From Cenococcum geophilum (Eukaryota): a stretch of DNA of 64,000 nt. Location: assembly GCA_050273025.1 (NCBI GenBank), contig CP158635.1, positions 6,262,001 to 6,326,000 of the forward strand. Reading direction: 5' to 3'. The notes under the pieces are model-generated. The model was not told the origin of the DNA, made no database searches, and worked only from the letters and a program-made list of their open reading frames with translations. Positions within the stretch are counted from its first letter, which is position 1. Every line of letters begins with the position of its first letter. Made by a program: the position numbers and the translations under genes. Positions 1 through 14,802 of this stretch are shown piece after piece.

Positions 1-771
1 ATTATTATACTATCTACGAACCGTAGCTACGTAATATTACCTTATATAACTAACACTTATATTCCTAGTTATTAAATAGTCTAATTTTTTAACCTCTCTT
101 TACTAGTCTTACCATCTATAATTACTTAAGCCAATACTATAAGGCCTAGCATTACCCCTTTTTCGTCAAAGTTGTGCATAAATTTAGAGTGCTTAATTAA
201 GTATTTATCCTATACGCTTTAAAAGAACTTAAACTAGTCACAAATAATAACTGGATTCTTATTTTAGGCTCTTTAGCAATCTAATTAACGACTTATAATA
301 CGATAGAGCCCATGGCGTTATATAAATCTCTCCCCCTAATATTTACCTATAACCCTACCTTCTGCTAAAAATAAGTTTATAATTATAAAAAGCATATTAA
401 CTCTTATTAGAAAGCCCTAGGACTAATACCTACACATCTATTTAATAATTTAATCCTCCTAATAAGTATACAGTAGGGTTTTATAGGCTAGGTGTTAAGG
501 GAGATGCCTAGTAAGATGATGGGCAACGGTAGAGGGTAGTAATGCGCGAACGTCGGAGGCTTTGCGAATTGACGGCTTAACGCCCAATTTAACGTCTTGT
601 ATAGCTTTTTGTATGGAGGTTTCGGCTTCGCGAGAACTGAATTTAGGAAGGGACATGGCGATTTGTGCTAGAAATTTTCGATTTAGGTATAATTTGGCAG
701 GGAAGAAGAAGGGGAGGTATGGGCGCGAATGTCTTGCTAGGGGGGGTGTCTTGCTTCCTAGGGTCCCACAT
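1..771 (-). mobile_element. pogo/Fot1-like (Tc1/mariner superfamily) DNA transposon, 5' part, RIP-inactivated; runs off the window start
   Basis: Minus-strand ATG at 656 gives MSLPKFSSREAETSIQKAIQDVKLGVKPSIRKASDV (HTH-psq-like). FMHNFDEKGVMLG near 150-185 matches the Fot1 YNFDETGF DDE motif. The terminus reads TA|ATGTGGGACCC (RIPed ACGT...) at 771 with a duplicated GTCTTGCT sub-repeat. Confidence 0.8.
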
Positions 772-1929
772 TAATATAAAATATAAAGTCTTTAGTTTTC
801 TTATCTATAATTTATTTTTAGTAATTAAAGACACTTATAAAGAGTATTCTGCCTACTAATTTAAATACAATTAATAAACACGTATTAATCTAGTTTATTA
901 ACCTCTCTTATTAGGGCTACTAGCTTAGTAATCTTATACTAATAAGCTTTCTTATCCTAACTATAAAGAAATAGTGTTAACAGGACTATATACGCATACC
1001 TATAAAGATATATACTTTGTTTACTATCTTATACTCTAACCTAGAGGCTTATAGTATTACTTTAAGTTTAGGGTCTTTTAGGGCTAGTAGCTTAATAACT
1101 AGGCCTTTTAGGGTAGAGGTAGAGGTAGATAACGTATTTATTACTATAGCTACCTTTAACAGCTTTAGAAATTGTAAAATATACTAGATAATAAGGGGCG
1201 GCTAAGCTAGTAATAAAGTAGGGCTACCTAAAGGAGTATTTAGGGTCTTTAATATAGTCTATATATTGCCTAAAGGGTAGAGCTAATTTAAAATATAAGA
1301 TTAGAGAAGTAGCTAGAGGAGGTTAATAGTACTAGTCTTTAGAGGAAAATTAGAGTAAGGAGCTAAGCATAAATTATATTATTTCTTTAAAAGATCCGCC
1401 TTTTTTTTATATCCTTTAATAGCACCTAAGCTACTATTATACCGTAAATATTTACTAAAACCCGCTTTATGCCATATAAATACTTCCCCCTATTTATCCT
1501 AGGAGACGCTATATTAATATCACTTCTAATATAGTATAGAACTTAACTAAGTAAAGGTATATAATCCTGCTATAACTATAAAACTAAAGCTATAGCTTAT
1601 ATTTAGTATCTTAGTTCTAACACTAGAGCGATATAAAAGGAGATATAATAGATACGTAGTTGCATATATAGTAGAGGCTTATAGCTGTCTAATATTATTT
1701 AAACCAGAAACCTAAGGTAAAAAGAGATATAACTGCTCTAATTAATATATAAGTGCTAGGTGGATGTCTTAATTAAAGTAAAGAGTATATACGCTAGGCC
1801 TAAGCATTACTAGGGCTTTACTACATTTTTCCTAACCCCCGCTTACAAAACCTATATATAGCAGCTTATTTCTAATCTTATTCTTAATCATATTCCCAAT
1901 CTTATTCTTATTCTTAATCTTATTCTTAT

Positions 1930-2171
1930 TATAGCTAGAAGTATTAGACATATCGTAAGGGCGGCCAAGGCGCTAGTAGCAAGCGAGCTAATAGCGATTT
2001 TCTATGCCGGGTATAGAAAATCGTAATTGGTTAACAGAGGTTACAAAAGAACACGCGACAAGCCTTACCTCTCGCGACGCGTAGATCTTAGAGAATTATC
2101 TATTTATAACACCGTATAGTACATATTATTATAATATATATATTCTATATATTGTAAAAGTCATACTAACA
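1930..2171 (+). repeat. 5' LTR of Copia element 1
   Basis: TATAGCTAGAAG...CATACTAACA matches 7652-7893 apart from transitions. Confidence 0.9.
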
Positions 2172-2949
2172 CTAATTAGTGAGCGCGTATAGATTAGAAG
2201 ATACGCACTTGCTTAGAAGATATTTACGCTCCACCTTATAAAGGCCCTATTTTAGTTAAAGAGAATTAAAGTACCCTAGATTTAGAAGACGTCTAACACT
2301 CCACCTTACCCGGAAATACCTTAAATCTACCCTAGATTTAGAAGATATTTAACGCTCCACCTTAACTAGAGACAGACTACTATACTAGTAGTTAATGTAA
2401 CCACCTTAAGAACGCGACTACACCAAAAACGCAACCACCCTAACTACTACTTAAACCGTCCCCTAAACTACTCTACATATCTTCCTTATTTTTTTTAAGA
2501 TGGCTATACCTATAGATTAGAAGGTAGAAATAAAATAATAGAGGAATGGGATTAATATATAAACGGCAACTAGCAAAGACCTTATAGACTTTATACTATT
2601 TAAGTTATAGAAATACAACAAGTATAAGTTAATAGATAATAGACTTTAGTCCTCCTTCTAAGACGATTTTAAAACATTTAGTATTAATATATTTTCAAAA
2701 GTAAATATATAGCACCTTTAAAGTATGTATACCTTCCTATAATATAGAGGAGTATATATACGCATAAAGGAGAAATGTATAATATATACGCAACTCTTGT
2801 TTAAATTAATCCAGGAAGAACATTAATATTTTTAAACTTAAGAAAACTTAGATAAGGTATATAATAAGCTAAATAGAAACGGGTTTTAGTTAAATAAAAT
2901 AAATAATACACTTAAGCGCGATCTTAACTATAAAGTATTATAAGACCTA

Positions 2950-5900
2950 ATAGTTTATATAACCCCATTTTAACTATAATAACCATTAAGTGTCTAAACT
3001 ATAACCCTACTACTATCTAAAGGAACACTAGTAGGACCTTTACCGTACGTAACCCTACGACCCTAAACCGCCCCCCTTCTATAGATGCCAACTATACCAA
3101 AATAGGGTAAAGAGATTTTTAACGCAGCAAAAATATATATAGAGGAACTTAAATACAATGGTATAAATGGCAGCTTTAATTATAAACTTACTATCTTTTA
3201 TAGTATCTACAGCCAATCTAACGTTCTATAAGAGGCTTATAATAAAGCTTTACTAATTATATTAATAGGTCTAGCCTTAAACTAGTACTTTAATAGCGGA
3301 CTTAGTAATCTCTTATTTAAAGACGCTTATAGGCACCTTTGTAATTTCTTTAAAGGCCCTAGCTTAGAACGTAAGAACCTTAGTAAATAGTATACAATCT
3401 TATTAAGGACGATAATAGATAAGAATACAGACAAATTAACTAGTAATTACCTCTAAATATTAATTAATACACTCTTCTAACTATAGTATAGCCTTACCCT
3501 AGAACTATAAATAATACTATTCCTAACTAACAAACTTGTTATATCTTGCTAGGGAATTTATATATACCAATTCGCTATATTAGACCTATCTTAAGAACTA
3601 GGCCCCCTTATTAATAAACTATAATCCTTAATTACGGCTTATAAAAAACAGAACCTAGAGTAAGCTTAAACTTAAGCTTACTATATAGATTGTCGGTACT
3701 TTAAAAGGGAGAATAACTACAATTAATATTAAAACTATAACTAATATTAAAACCGAACTTACGACTAAAACTATAACCGCGACCGCACTCGCCCTTATTT
3801 CTCTCTATATTATAAACTACGTTACTTTATATATAATAAGAAAGGCTGCTAATTATAGAACTATACCTAAGAAGAATAAGAAGAGTCTAAAGCTAAGTTT
3901 AGAACCGCTAACAGAGATAAGTTTAGTAAATTCAACGATTAATTTAACAAATAACTTAATTAATATATTATAGACTATAAGGATAACAATATTAACTTAG
4001 AAAAAGAGCTTAAGGAAGCTTTCTAAGCACTAACTATTAATATAAATTATAAGGCAACCGATAAGAACTCTTAACTAGATATTAACCACTTCTATACCTC
4101 TTTTAGCTAAGTAGAATAGTATAAAGCAACCTCTATAGCTGCTACCCTAGCTAATAAAGCCTTTAGCCATTTAGTTACAACTATAGATAATATAATACCT
4201 CTTATAACTAACTAGGACCCCTTTACCTATAATATAACTATATCTACGTCCCGCTATACTATAAACTACTTTATAGATATAATAATTAACATAGAAGCAT
4301 CTAAACAATCTATAGTAGGATACGGCCAATTCCTAGCATTCTAAAGACTTAATACTAGCGTATAACTTAATACCACTATATAAGGCATAGTTAATATATA
4401 ATTCGGCATCAGATTAACCTTATTAATTAAATTAACTAAAGTAACTACCCTAATCGGCACAATCGAGTTTTATATTGTTAAAGTTAATACCCCATTTTTA
4501 CTCTACCTAGTAGACATAGGTTAACTATAAGTGTACTTTAACAACCTAAAAAATATACTAATTACCCCTTAAAGCGAAGTACCAGTTATATATTACTTTG
4601 GCTATTTATTCCTCCTTTAAAATACATCCCTATGCAACTACTTAACTATATTATTTAATTAAAACCCTTACTACTTAACTAACATTAAATTAAGATGACT
4701 ATATTATCGCTTCGGCCACCCTTTAATTAAGCGTCTTATACGAATACTTAAGCGCTTAGGGCATAACATTAATAGCAAGACTTTAGACCATCTTATACGT
4801 TATTACCACCATTATTAAAAATATAAAAAGTCGCCTGGTAGATTTAGATTTACCTTATATAATAATATTAATTTTAACTACTTAATCGTAGTTAATATTA
4901 TATATATTAATGGCACACCTCTATTATATATTATTAATAAAGAAATACGATTTTAAGCTAGTAGATAGCTATAAAGCATTAGCGCCAAGTATATATAGGA
5001 TATACTATAAATATACTAGATTAACACATACCTAGAACCCCCTAATATTATTAAATATAATATAGGCAAGAACTTTATAAGTAAAGAATTTAAATAATAC
5101 GCTATAATACTTAAAATAGTTATAAAAGGCGTACCTATCGAAGCCCACAATTTAGTTAAAATGGCAGAACGTTACTATAGCCCCCTTTATTGTATATACT
5201 ACATTATTATTATAGAACTACTAAATATTAATAAAGATATAGCTTTGCAAATGGCTTTTAAAGCAATTAACAACTCTATAGGCCCTAATGGTCTTATACC
5301 TACCTTATTAGTATTCGGAGCTTACCCATATATAGTAGAATCCAATGCACCTAATCCTACGGTTATAAAACAAGCAGTAGCTCTTAAAAAGGCTATAGAA
5401 GAAGTTAAGAAGCTTAGAGCTAAGCGCTAAGTAGTAGATACCCTTAATATATATAACGGACCTAAAATAACCGTAATTTATAACCTACCACTTAACTTAC
5501 CTATATTAGTATGGAGAGAAGGACCTATAGGCCAACCCGGCTACTGGTCTGGTCTATATAACCTACTTAGCATTAAAAATAAGACCTATACTATATAACT
5601 TCCGTAGCATAGTTGTAAAACTATATATAGTAGACCCTAAAATTACAGAAGATACATAACTAGAAGATAATAATATTAAACTACCCCTACCTTAAACTAA
5701 GCCTAAACCTTAACCTTAAACCGAGCTTAGACCTTAACCTTAAACTAAGCCTAGACCTTAACCTATTAAACGCAAAAGAGGTAGACTATATAAGTACCCT
5801 ATTAAAGCAAATACCGCGAATATCTTAATTTATCTATAGGATAAGGATAATAATTAACTTATAAATCCTAATTAGTTTATAGCATTACGCTAAAAGGAGT

Positions 5901-7395
5901 TTTTAAACTAGTTAACCCTAAGGATATACCATAAGGCAATAGAGTATTTAACTCTAGATTTGTTAATAAAATTAAGAACCCTAGTACTAATAAAGCCTTT
6001 AAGAAGTTAAGACTAGTTATATAGGCCTATAACGACCTAAAGAAAGACCTTATACTAACCTAGTTACCTATAATTTAACGAGTTAGCTAACGCCTTATTT
6101 TTTACATTATAGCTATAACTTAGAACGATAGTACATATCTCTACTTATAAGATATTTTATAGGCCTATATATAATTAACTATAAAACTAAACTAAGACTT
6201 TTATATTAAAGTACCTTTTAAACTTAGTATAGCACTTAGAGTCTTATAAGGCATAATTCTAAAGGTCGTTAGACCTTTATACGGCATTTCTAAGGCAGGC
6301 AATTATTGGTTTAAGACTTACTATAACCACTATATTAAAGAACTAAATATAAGCCAATCCACTTATAACCCCTACCTACTTCACCTTAATAACCCTATAA
6401 GTTTCGGAATAGTTAGTTTATAGACTAATAATACCCTCCTACTAGCTAATTTAGTTTTTACAGCTTCGGAATAGGAGAAGATTAAAAAAGCTAAGTTCCT
6501 AACTAAAGAACGTAAGTAACTTACACCAGAATACCTAATTAAGTTTAATGGAGGCATTGTCTAACAATAGGATTATTTAATTACGCTCACATAAGAGCGC
6601 TAATGCTAGAACTTAACCCTTATTAATATTAAGGAAGCTACTATAATAACTAGTTCTAGAGGTACTATTTGCATAGCACTTATACCTAAGGACTAATATA
6701 TCGCCTAATAAGCAAGAGGAGCTTATATTGCGTCCGTATACCAGCCTAAAGCTTCTTTTAATTTATCCTACGCTGCCTAGGTAATTAACCCTAATAAGAA
6801 AGACGCAAAACTACTTAATAAGAGGATTTAGTAGCAAATTAAGAACTTAATAAAAGGCTTAAGCTTTGTTAAGCTTAACATAAAGACACTTTAACTACTT
6901 ATATTTACTAATTCCTTATTCGCAAATAATAAAGACCTCTTATTATAGATTGGATATATCCTAGTATTAGCAGACTTATTAAATAAGGCGAATATTGTCC
7001 ACTAGTCCTTAGTTAAGTGTAAGAGAATTACTAAAAGTATACTAGCCTCCGAATTATATGCTATGGCCTATAGTTTTAACATTAGCGCTACAATTAAAGC
7101 CACAGTTAAATTATAACTTAACATTAGCCTTCCGCTTATTCTTTACACTAATTTTAAGTTAATTTATAAATGCCTTGTCAAACTAGGAACTACACAAGAG
7201 AAGAGACTTATAATTAATGTTATGTGCCTACACTAGTTATATAAAAGACGCGAAATAGCGGAAGTTAAATAGATTAATAAAGATAGCAACCCTATGGACG
7301 CTATAACTAAAAGTAAACCATTATTAGCCCTTAAGCAACTTATTGACACAAACCGAATTAAGTTAAAGATAGTGGAATAGGTAAAATGCACTATA
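2950..7395 (+). pseudogene. Copia gag-pol relic (start approximate)
   Basis: Integrase fragment LQMAFKAINNSIGPNGLIPTLLVFGAYP (ORF 5161-5430). RT motifs RPLYGI.KAGNYWFKTY near 6270 and RIPed QTDDTLLLA near 6421. RNase H NPMDAITKS near 7290. Many stops. Confidence 0.85.
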
Positions 7396-7651
7396 TTAGT
7401 AACCTAGTCAATCGACATATAAATATGGCAAAGAGGGTGTATACGATCTCTATGTTATATAACCGTAATCTACAGCAATCTGCGGCAACCTATAGCAATC
7501 TACCTATACCTATAACACTACCTGGTACTATTATAACCTATACTATAATAGTAAGGAAGGAAGGAAGGAAGGAAGGAGAAGTGCGTATATAGATTTTTAA
7601 ATTGTATAGTTATAGGATACTGGATCTTTACGTTTTCTAAAGTATTCCTAG

Positions 7652-7893
7652 TATAGCTAGAAGTGTTAGATATATCATAAGGGCGGCTAAGGCGCTAGTG
7701 GCAAGCAAGCTAATAGCGATTTTCCATACCGGGTATAGAAAATCGTAATTAGTTAATAGAGGTTACAGGAGAATACGCAATAAGCCTTACCTCTTACGAC
7801 GCGTAGATCTTAGAGAATTATCTATCTATAACACCGTATAGTATATATCATTGTGATATATGTATTCTGCACGTTGTAAAAGTCATACTAATA
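7652..7893 (+). repeat. 3' LTR of Copia element 1
   Basis: Direct repeat of 1930-2171 followed by TSD CTTAT. Confidence 0.9.
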
Positions 7894-10713
7894 CTTATTC
7901 TTATTCTATTATTTCTATTCTTATTCCTACCCCAACTACTTTTACCCTAACTTAGTTCTACTATTTTTATACTATTTTCCCTTTATATACGCTATATCTC
8001 AATAAGCTAAAATACCTAAGAAGACTATCTTATTACGCGGTTAGTTAATAGAAAAACTTAAGTAAGTAAGAGTAGAATTTAAAAATAATACTTATAAATT
8101 ACTTTTATTATAAAAATCTCTAAAGATATATTACGATTTACTAAAAGAGAGCAATATAATCCTAGATGGAAAAACAACGTTAACATATAGCAGAAGGTAA
8201 CGAGCGCGCAATATTTTTACGGAAGTCTTTAGATTATTTAGTCCTAAAGTATTCCTATTATATATCTTAGCCGCACCTATTACAAAGCTATATAAAATAA
8301 AATTTAAGGATATATTAGTAGATATTTAAATGTGGTAAAACGCTGCTGAGCACCTATAGGAGCTAACTGCGGCTGCTAAGCAATTCTATACGGTTAATTC
8401 GATTAGCACTCTAATCTCGCCGTTATATAAGCGTTTATCCTTATAGGTAACTATTACTACCAGTAAAGAAACTCTTTTACCCTAAATAACTTTATTACTA
8501 ATTCTTAATAGAGTAAGGCCAATTATAAAGCACGCCTTTTTTGTCTAAGACGTATTTACTAGCCTTTAGTTTATAACCTTATAAAATAGATCTAGACGTA
8601 AGGAGTACTTTATCTTAAAAATATCCTCTTTTAGATATTAATCTTTCTACGGGTATAAAAGGCCTTTTATTTTAAATAAATTCTTAATAATTCTTATTAG
8701 AAGAACATTTAACAATAATTAAAGACGCTTAGTTACTAGAGAGGCATTCTAAAGCTCTACTTTCCTAAGACGCGAATTAAACGCTCGGTATACTAGTCTT
8801 AGACGCTTATTAACTAACTGCTTATTTATCTTAAAGAGATATTTACCGCGTAAAGAAAGCGCCCTCTCGTCTAATAATTAAGAAAAAAAGGTTAAATACC
8901 TTTCTCTAAAATTTAGTATATTTAATACTTATCTAAGATAAATACCTCTCCTAAGAGTGCTTCTAGCGCCACTATACTAGCGTATTGTTAAGTTATAGAT
9001 AAACCATTATTAAAGCGTCCCTAGTTAGAATTATAGCAGATTCTAGGTCTATAAACGACCCTTAATAAAATATTGCTTATAGTTAACATTAATAGGATAT
9101 CTAGTATTGCTAGGATAGGTCTAGTACTGTTCTTTCTTATTTATAAGGCGCTATATAATTAAAAACCTCCCTAAGCTATTTTACACTAAGATAAGGACGA
9201 GCAATTTATAAAGAAAGGAAAAGGAAAGTAGAGGACTAGTGGTTATAAATTGCCTATCTGTATATATGCCAAAAAAGGATAATAAGGACGCTCTTTTAGT
9301 ACTTAGGATTAGCTATAAGGATAGATAAAATATCTCTAATTTATTTAGTTTAGAAGACCTAAATACTCTAGAGTTTTAGAAAAATACCATAGAAGAAGCT
9401 AGAGATTAACTCTTATTTATAAATAAATGGCATATATCGCTTTGGATTACCAGTTATTACTACCTCTTTTTTAACTTAATCCGTGCCCTTATTATATAAC
9501 ATTAATACTTAGTAAGAACCTCTCTCGTTACTTATCTATTTTCTATACCTAATTCTTTAACTAGCTTCCCTTTACTATCCTTAATATTATATAATATGCC
9601 TTTAAATATTATAGTTATATCCTCTATTATCTTAAATTTATAAGCTCTAATTGCCTTCTATTCCCTACTAAGCGTCTTATTTCTAACCTTAGTGGATATA
9701 ATCCGTATAGTTAGAAGTGCGACTATATAAATTAGCGGGATAGGTAGTTATAAAGGAGAGGTATTCTATAGATGTAAAATATTAAGTAAATATTGTCTTT
9801 TATAAAGCGTTTTTAATTATAGATAGCTATTTAAGGAGGAATAGCAGCTAATTTAGAAAATTGTTTTAGAATAAAAAGCTATAAAGCATATACGTATTAA
9901 AGCAGAACTATTATAAAAGATGTAAGTAATTAGGTATATACTAAGTAAGGTAAAATAGCTAAGCTAATATTTACCTTAATAGTAAGAATAGAATTATTAG
10001 ATAACTATAAAAGGCAGAATATAAGAAATATAAAAAGAGGTGGATTATAGGCTTAAATAGAAAGCGGCTTTACGGAACTGCGCTGCGAATAATTAGCGAA
10101 GTAGGTTTAAAGGAAATTTATAAGGGAAAATAGAGGTATTGCTATAGTTAATAGGTTTATAGCTACTTAGGCGTTAGTACCTAATAAAAGGGCTTATATA
10201 AAAAAATTACTAAGCGGCTACCTCTTAGGCTTAGCTGCGGCTAGATTCGCTTTACCCTACTATTAAAGCTTTTTAGCGCAGAATATTACGTATATAATTA
10301 GGCCACTAACCAAATAGTAGAACGGGTAAGGCGTCCGCTATAACGTGTATTTTAGCTATATATTGGAGTTACTAGATATATATAGCCCCTTTACTAACTA
10401 AAATATCTTATAAGGATTAGATTCTTATAGCTCGTTCTTATTTATAAAGTAAATTAACTATAGCTAGTTTATACGCCTTTACGTTATATATATAAGTTAA
10501 TTAATTATTAACGCCCGACTTTATATTATTCGGACTGCCGCTTAGTTTTAGCCGTATTACGTAATTTAAATTAGCTAGCTAAGTTATAAACGTAGTATTA
10601 GCCTTGCATTCTCTATTATTTATAGCGTTATAAGTAATAATAAGTGGCTCTTACTCACTACCCTTAAAAAAGTAATACTCTTACGGACCTTTTTATACAG
10701 CCCTTATATAATA

Positions 10714-10855
10714 GGAAATGCGCTATATATAGATTAAACTAGAAATGGAATATATAACAGAAAATAAACCTTTAAGCTAAAAGAAGTGCGCTATAAATAA
10801 ATTAAGCTAGAAATGGAATATATAATAAAGAATAGACCTCTAAGCTAAAAGAAGG
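10714..10855. repeat. Tandem duplication of a unit of about 68 bp
   Basis: Two copies of GAA(A/G)TGCGCTATA...CTAGAAATGGAATATATAA...ACCT(T/C)TAAGCTAAAA. Confidence 0.8.
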
Positions 10856-10869
10856 GCATTACTATTATT

Positions 10870-11815
10870 TCTGTCTCTTCCGCCTAATAGGCTGGCCCCT
10901 TTTCTTCTATATAGTAGGCTAGGCCTTTAATTTTAAACGATAATGCGCCTATAGTAATCCGAGACTTCTCTCTAAAAAGTAGTCTTTAATCCGTTCCCAT
11001 AAAAGATTATATCCCTTCTTTAATTTAATAAGTAGCGCGTCTTCCTTTTTAGTGAATTTTATTCTAGACTTTAGCCCTTAGGGCTTTAGCTCTTAGGGCT
11101 GCTTAACTAGGTTAAAAGGTAAAGGGAATTGTTAAGAAAGGATATTTAGTATATACCACCCGTCTTTCTAGCGCTTAAAAGCTGCTTAGATTAAAATTTC
11201 TTCTAAATTAGTATTTAAGGCGGCTCCTAGTATTACTTTATTAGAGCTAGAGCTAAAGGTAGAGCTTAGTAGCGGTTTATAGGTATAGAGGCGATTATAT
11301 ATAGGGGATATAACCTACTTACAATAATTGCTAGTAAGCGTAGTGCTTTAGTCGGACGTATATATAGATAAAATTAAAGGGGAATAGTAAGACCACTAGA
11401 GATAATGCTTTATAGTACGCTTTATTCTTAATTAACTAGTAATAGAGGTTAGTAATCCTTATTGCCCTATATACCCGCGGGCCTCGTTACCCTTATCGCT
11501 ATTACTACTATTACTATCCCCAAAGTCGTTATTATCCGTATTAACACTATTATTACTGCTGTTATTATAGTTCTTAGCCTTACCTTTATCTGCAACGTTC
11601 TTACTATTCTTACTATTGCTTTCTTTAGCTAAGCTATTAGCAAGATTGTCTAGAATATAATTATAACTATTATTAGCCCTATTTTCTAGTAGTTTAGTAT
11701 CGCAAGGGGATATATAGTGCTGGGGGGAGGAGCTAGTAGGCTGCGCAGCAGAGATCGCTTGCTCCTTAATACCGTTACTATTATTAAGGCTAAGGGTAGA
11801 AGAGCTAAAAGGCAT
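10870..11815 (-). pseudogene. RIP-degraded gene with an acidic N-terminal region and a C-terminal Myb/SANT-like domain
   Basis: About 10925-11062 reads KFTKKEDALLIKLKKGYNLLWERIKDYFLERSLGLL*AHYRLKLKA, fitting the fungal Myb-like pattern FT.EED.LL..LK....L.W..I...F..RS.GSLQ.HY..KLK. Upstream ORF 11459-11815 is N/S-rich, consistent with a RIPed D/G-rich region. Confidence 0.65.
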
Positions 11816-14802
11816 GGTCCTCTGGGAAGCAGGTGACCTTTATTACTTTTTAGGTTATATACTCTTACTGCTTTTACTAATAAAAGTATTAGAGATATAA
11901 TTAATGCTATTTAATTAATTAAGCTACTCGGACTTTTACTTTTTTAACTTTATAGCTCCTAAAAACTCTTAACTAACAGCTACTAATATTCTAAGCTTTT
12001 ACTTAAACTGCGGAGTAGTTCTAATACAACGCCCCTTAGCTAAATTATCTATTTAATTGCCGTCTAGCGTTAAAGGTATAGTATAACCACACACAGGTGC
12101 GCGTATTTCCTCTTCTAGCGCTTTTAATAAAGGCAGCTCCTTATTATCTTTATCGCCCTTACTATTACCGTTATTCCTATTATCTACTAATTATTAAATA
12201 AGGCTATTATAAATTAAAAAGGGAAGCGTATACCTAATCTATAAGGTGTTAGTTAATTATCGGCTTCGTTAGCTTTGTTATTAGCGTTACTAGCTTTATC
12301 GCCCTTAGCTTCTAAGTCTAAATTAGCTATATTATCTTTAATAACTATTAGATTTTCTACTAGTCGTTAAATATATATATTTATAACTACTAGGGGAATA
12401 GGGAAAGTATAGTAGGGTAATTATAGAGGATAATTACCTTAATTACTTCCTCTAGAGACTTAATTGTTATTTCTATCCCTATAGAAATCTTCCTCGTTAT
12501 TCTCATTATCCTTATTATTCTTATAATATTTTTTTGTAAAGCTTTTTTGTAATTATATATAGGGTCTATAGGCGCTTTATTAGACGGAATCTCTAAAATA
12601 AGGCCCTAGGTAAAATAATATACCGTTAATTACCTAAGCTTCTAATACTTCTTAATTTTTTTAGGGGGAAAATAGGTACTCCCCTACTCCTCTATTTAGG
12701 CTTGCTGCTCGCGCTTTTCTTAGGGGCTATAATTATATAGTGCTAAAACGAAGCTATTAATTTTCTAAGAGGACTAGTATAGAAATTGTTATTATTAAGC
12801 GAAATTTCGGGAGGGATATAAAATAAAGATTAAGATAGTGCTAACGTCGTTATTATTAGAGTTGCTATTACTTTATGGCTTTCTATAGCCTTAAGGGGGG
12901 AATTATAGGTCTTTTTAAGTGCATATTAGCTCTTCCTTCGCCACTAGCTCTTATCTATTACCCCTTACTTATCACCCCTCGCCTAAGCTTCTTATTAAAT
13001 TAAAGCACTTAATGCGTGTACCTCCGGTATAAACTAAAGTAGATTACCGTTTATAGGGTATAAAGGTTTATAAGGGCTTAAATTCTTAGCGCCTAATTAA
13101 TACCCTTAGCAAATTGCGATTAAACTATATCCGCCCATCTAAGCTGGTATATTTAGCTCTAATACAGCCGTTATATCTAGCCCCTTATTAGGAGGTTAGT
13201 GGCTTAAATTCTCTACCCTTATTCCTTAGTAAAGGGCAGTACTAATATATCTATTTACTTCTCAATAATACCGATCCAGCTAATCTTCTATACCGCTTAT
13301 ATTAACAGGATATAAAGCCCTACTTATGCGTATATTTTGCGAGCTATCTATAATAAAAGGAGGTAGTATCTTTATTAGTAGCGGGGCTTTTTAATACTAA
13401 TAGCCTAGTAATAGATACGCCTGCTACTTATATAGTAATTATATATAAATGCGCTAAGTAAAGGACTGTATAGGCTGCTACACAAGGTGCTATATAATGC
13501 TTGCCCTCCTAACGTAGCTGGCTAGTATTAGAGATTACCTCGTAGTTATACTATAGTGCCGCTAATCTATTATACGCCCAAAAGCTATAACTTTCCAATT
13601 TTAATCTAGGTGGTTCCTACTATAGCCCTATAGCTTAAAAGGCCGGATTATTAATCCTTTACCACTTTGCCGTTAAGCAGTTAGATAGAGCTAATAGCCT
13701 CTTAGCCCTAAACTAGTAGATTAAACGGTATCTCCGAAATATTTATAGTAATATAACTATACTGCTAGGTAGGCATATATAGCTACCTAGGTAACGCTCT
13801 ATATAATATCTGTTTAAATAATGCCTAATATAGCCCTATATAGGGTAGTTGCTTAAATTAATAATATTTAGATGCTTTTTTGCTAAGTAGCCTAGTAAGT
13901 ATACCAGCCGTAATATAAGCGGCTTTAGCTATTAATAAATGCTAAAGCAGGCTATTTAACTAACAGTATATTCTAGGAGAGAAAATAGTATATAGGTTAG
14001 TTAAAACGAGTACGATATAAGCTCGCTTAAGCCCTTAAGGGTAGTAATATAGCACGCCTGTCCCTTTCTACTCTAGAAGGAGATATACGGCAAAGTTAAA
14101 TAAGATAATAGTGCTAACGCGGCTAGTAACTACGGAATTCTCCTAACCCCTTTCCTATAGAACGGTTTTAGGCTAGCATTATTTAGGAGGCTAAAGGAGA
14201 AAGAGCGTAAGAGAGTGAATAGGATTATAAGGGCATGTTCGCGCTTAGCGGATAGAGGTAGCGCTAAGAGATCTTAATAATAATTAAAGTCACCAATACT
14301 AGAGGCGGCGATTAGGAAAGAAGGCTATAACTATTTATATATTACCGTGGAAGAGAGTCGCCTATTAAAAAGGCCGTAATTAACTATATTAATTATTAGT
14401 CTAAGATATGGGTAAATAAAGGAATAAGCGGGCTAGACTTATATATATCTAAGCGCTAAGGGGTGGCAGAAATGCCTTAATATAACTATACTAGGGACTA
14501 GTAGTAAGAAGAGGAGGAGGCGTAGCGTTAAGAGAAAGGAAAAATAGAGGATAAGAGGAAAAGCGGTAAGAGAAATGGCCTTTTATAGTTAAGGTTAAGA
14601 GGTAGTCTTAGCTTGGCCGGGGTTAATAAGGGCGCCTTACCTATAAAGGAAGCCTCTATTTCCTAATATAGTTTCCTTAATAATAAAATAACTAAAAAAA
14701 TTAGTTTTAAGTATAATTTTTTATTAAATTGCTTAAATAAAATATAATTAGCTATTTAACTATCCTTTTAGGCTATATATACTTAATAAAATACTTTACC
14801 TT

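Larger units (their letters stand above)
1930..7893 (+). mobile_element. Ty1/Copia LTR retrotransposon with both LTRs, RIP-inactivated
   Basis: 242-bp direct repeats at 1930-2171 and 7652-7893, TSD CTTAT at 1925-1929 and 7894-7898. Domain order is integrase, RT, RNase H. Confidence 0.92.

Noticed and set aside
562..859. Plus-strand ORFs 562-774 and 665-859
   Set aside because: They are antisense to the Fot1-like transposase start and its TIR.
2190..2365. Three to four spaced copies of TTAGAAGA...CTCCACCTT, superficially CRISPR-like
   Set aside because: The repeats are degenerate with irregular spacing, lie in a Copia leader in a eukaryotic context, and no cas genes are present.
7438..7650. 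Possible solo LTR with GCAATCT-type repeats and a (GAAG)n tract in the Copia-1 3' region
   Set aside because: I could not find TG..CA ends with a matching TSD; it may simply be the 3' UTR.
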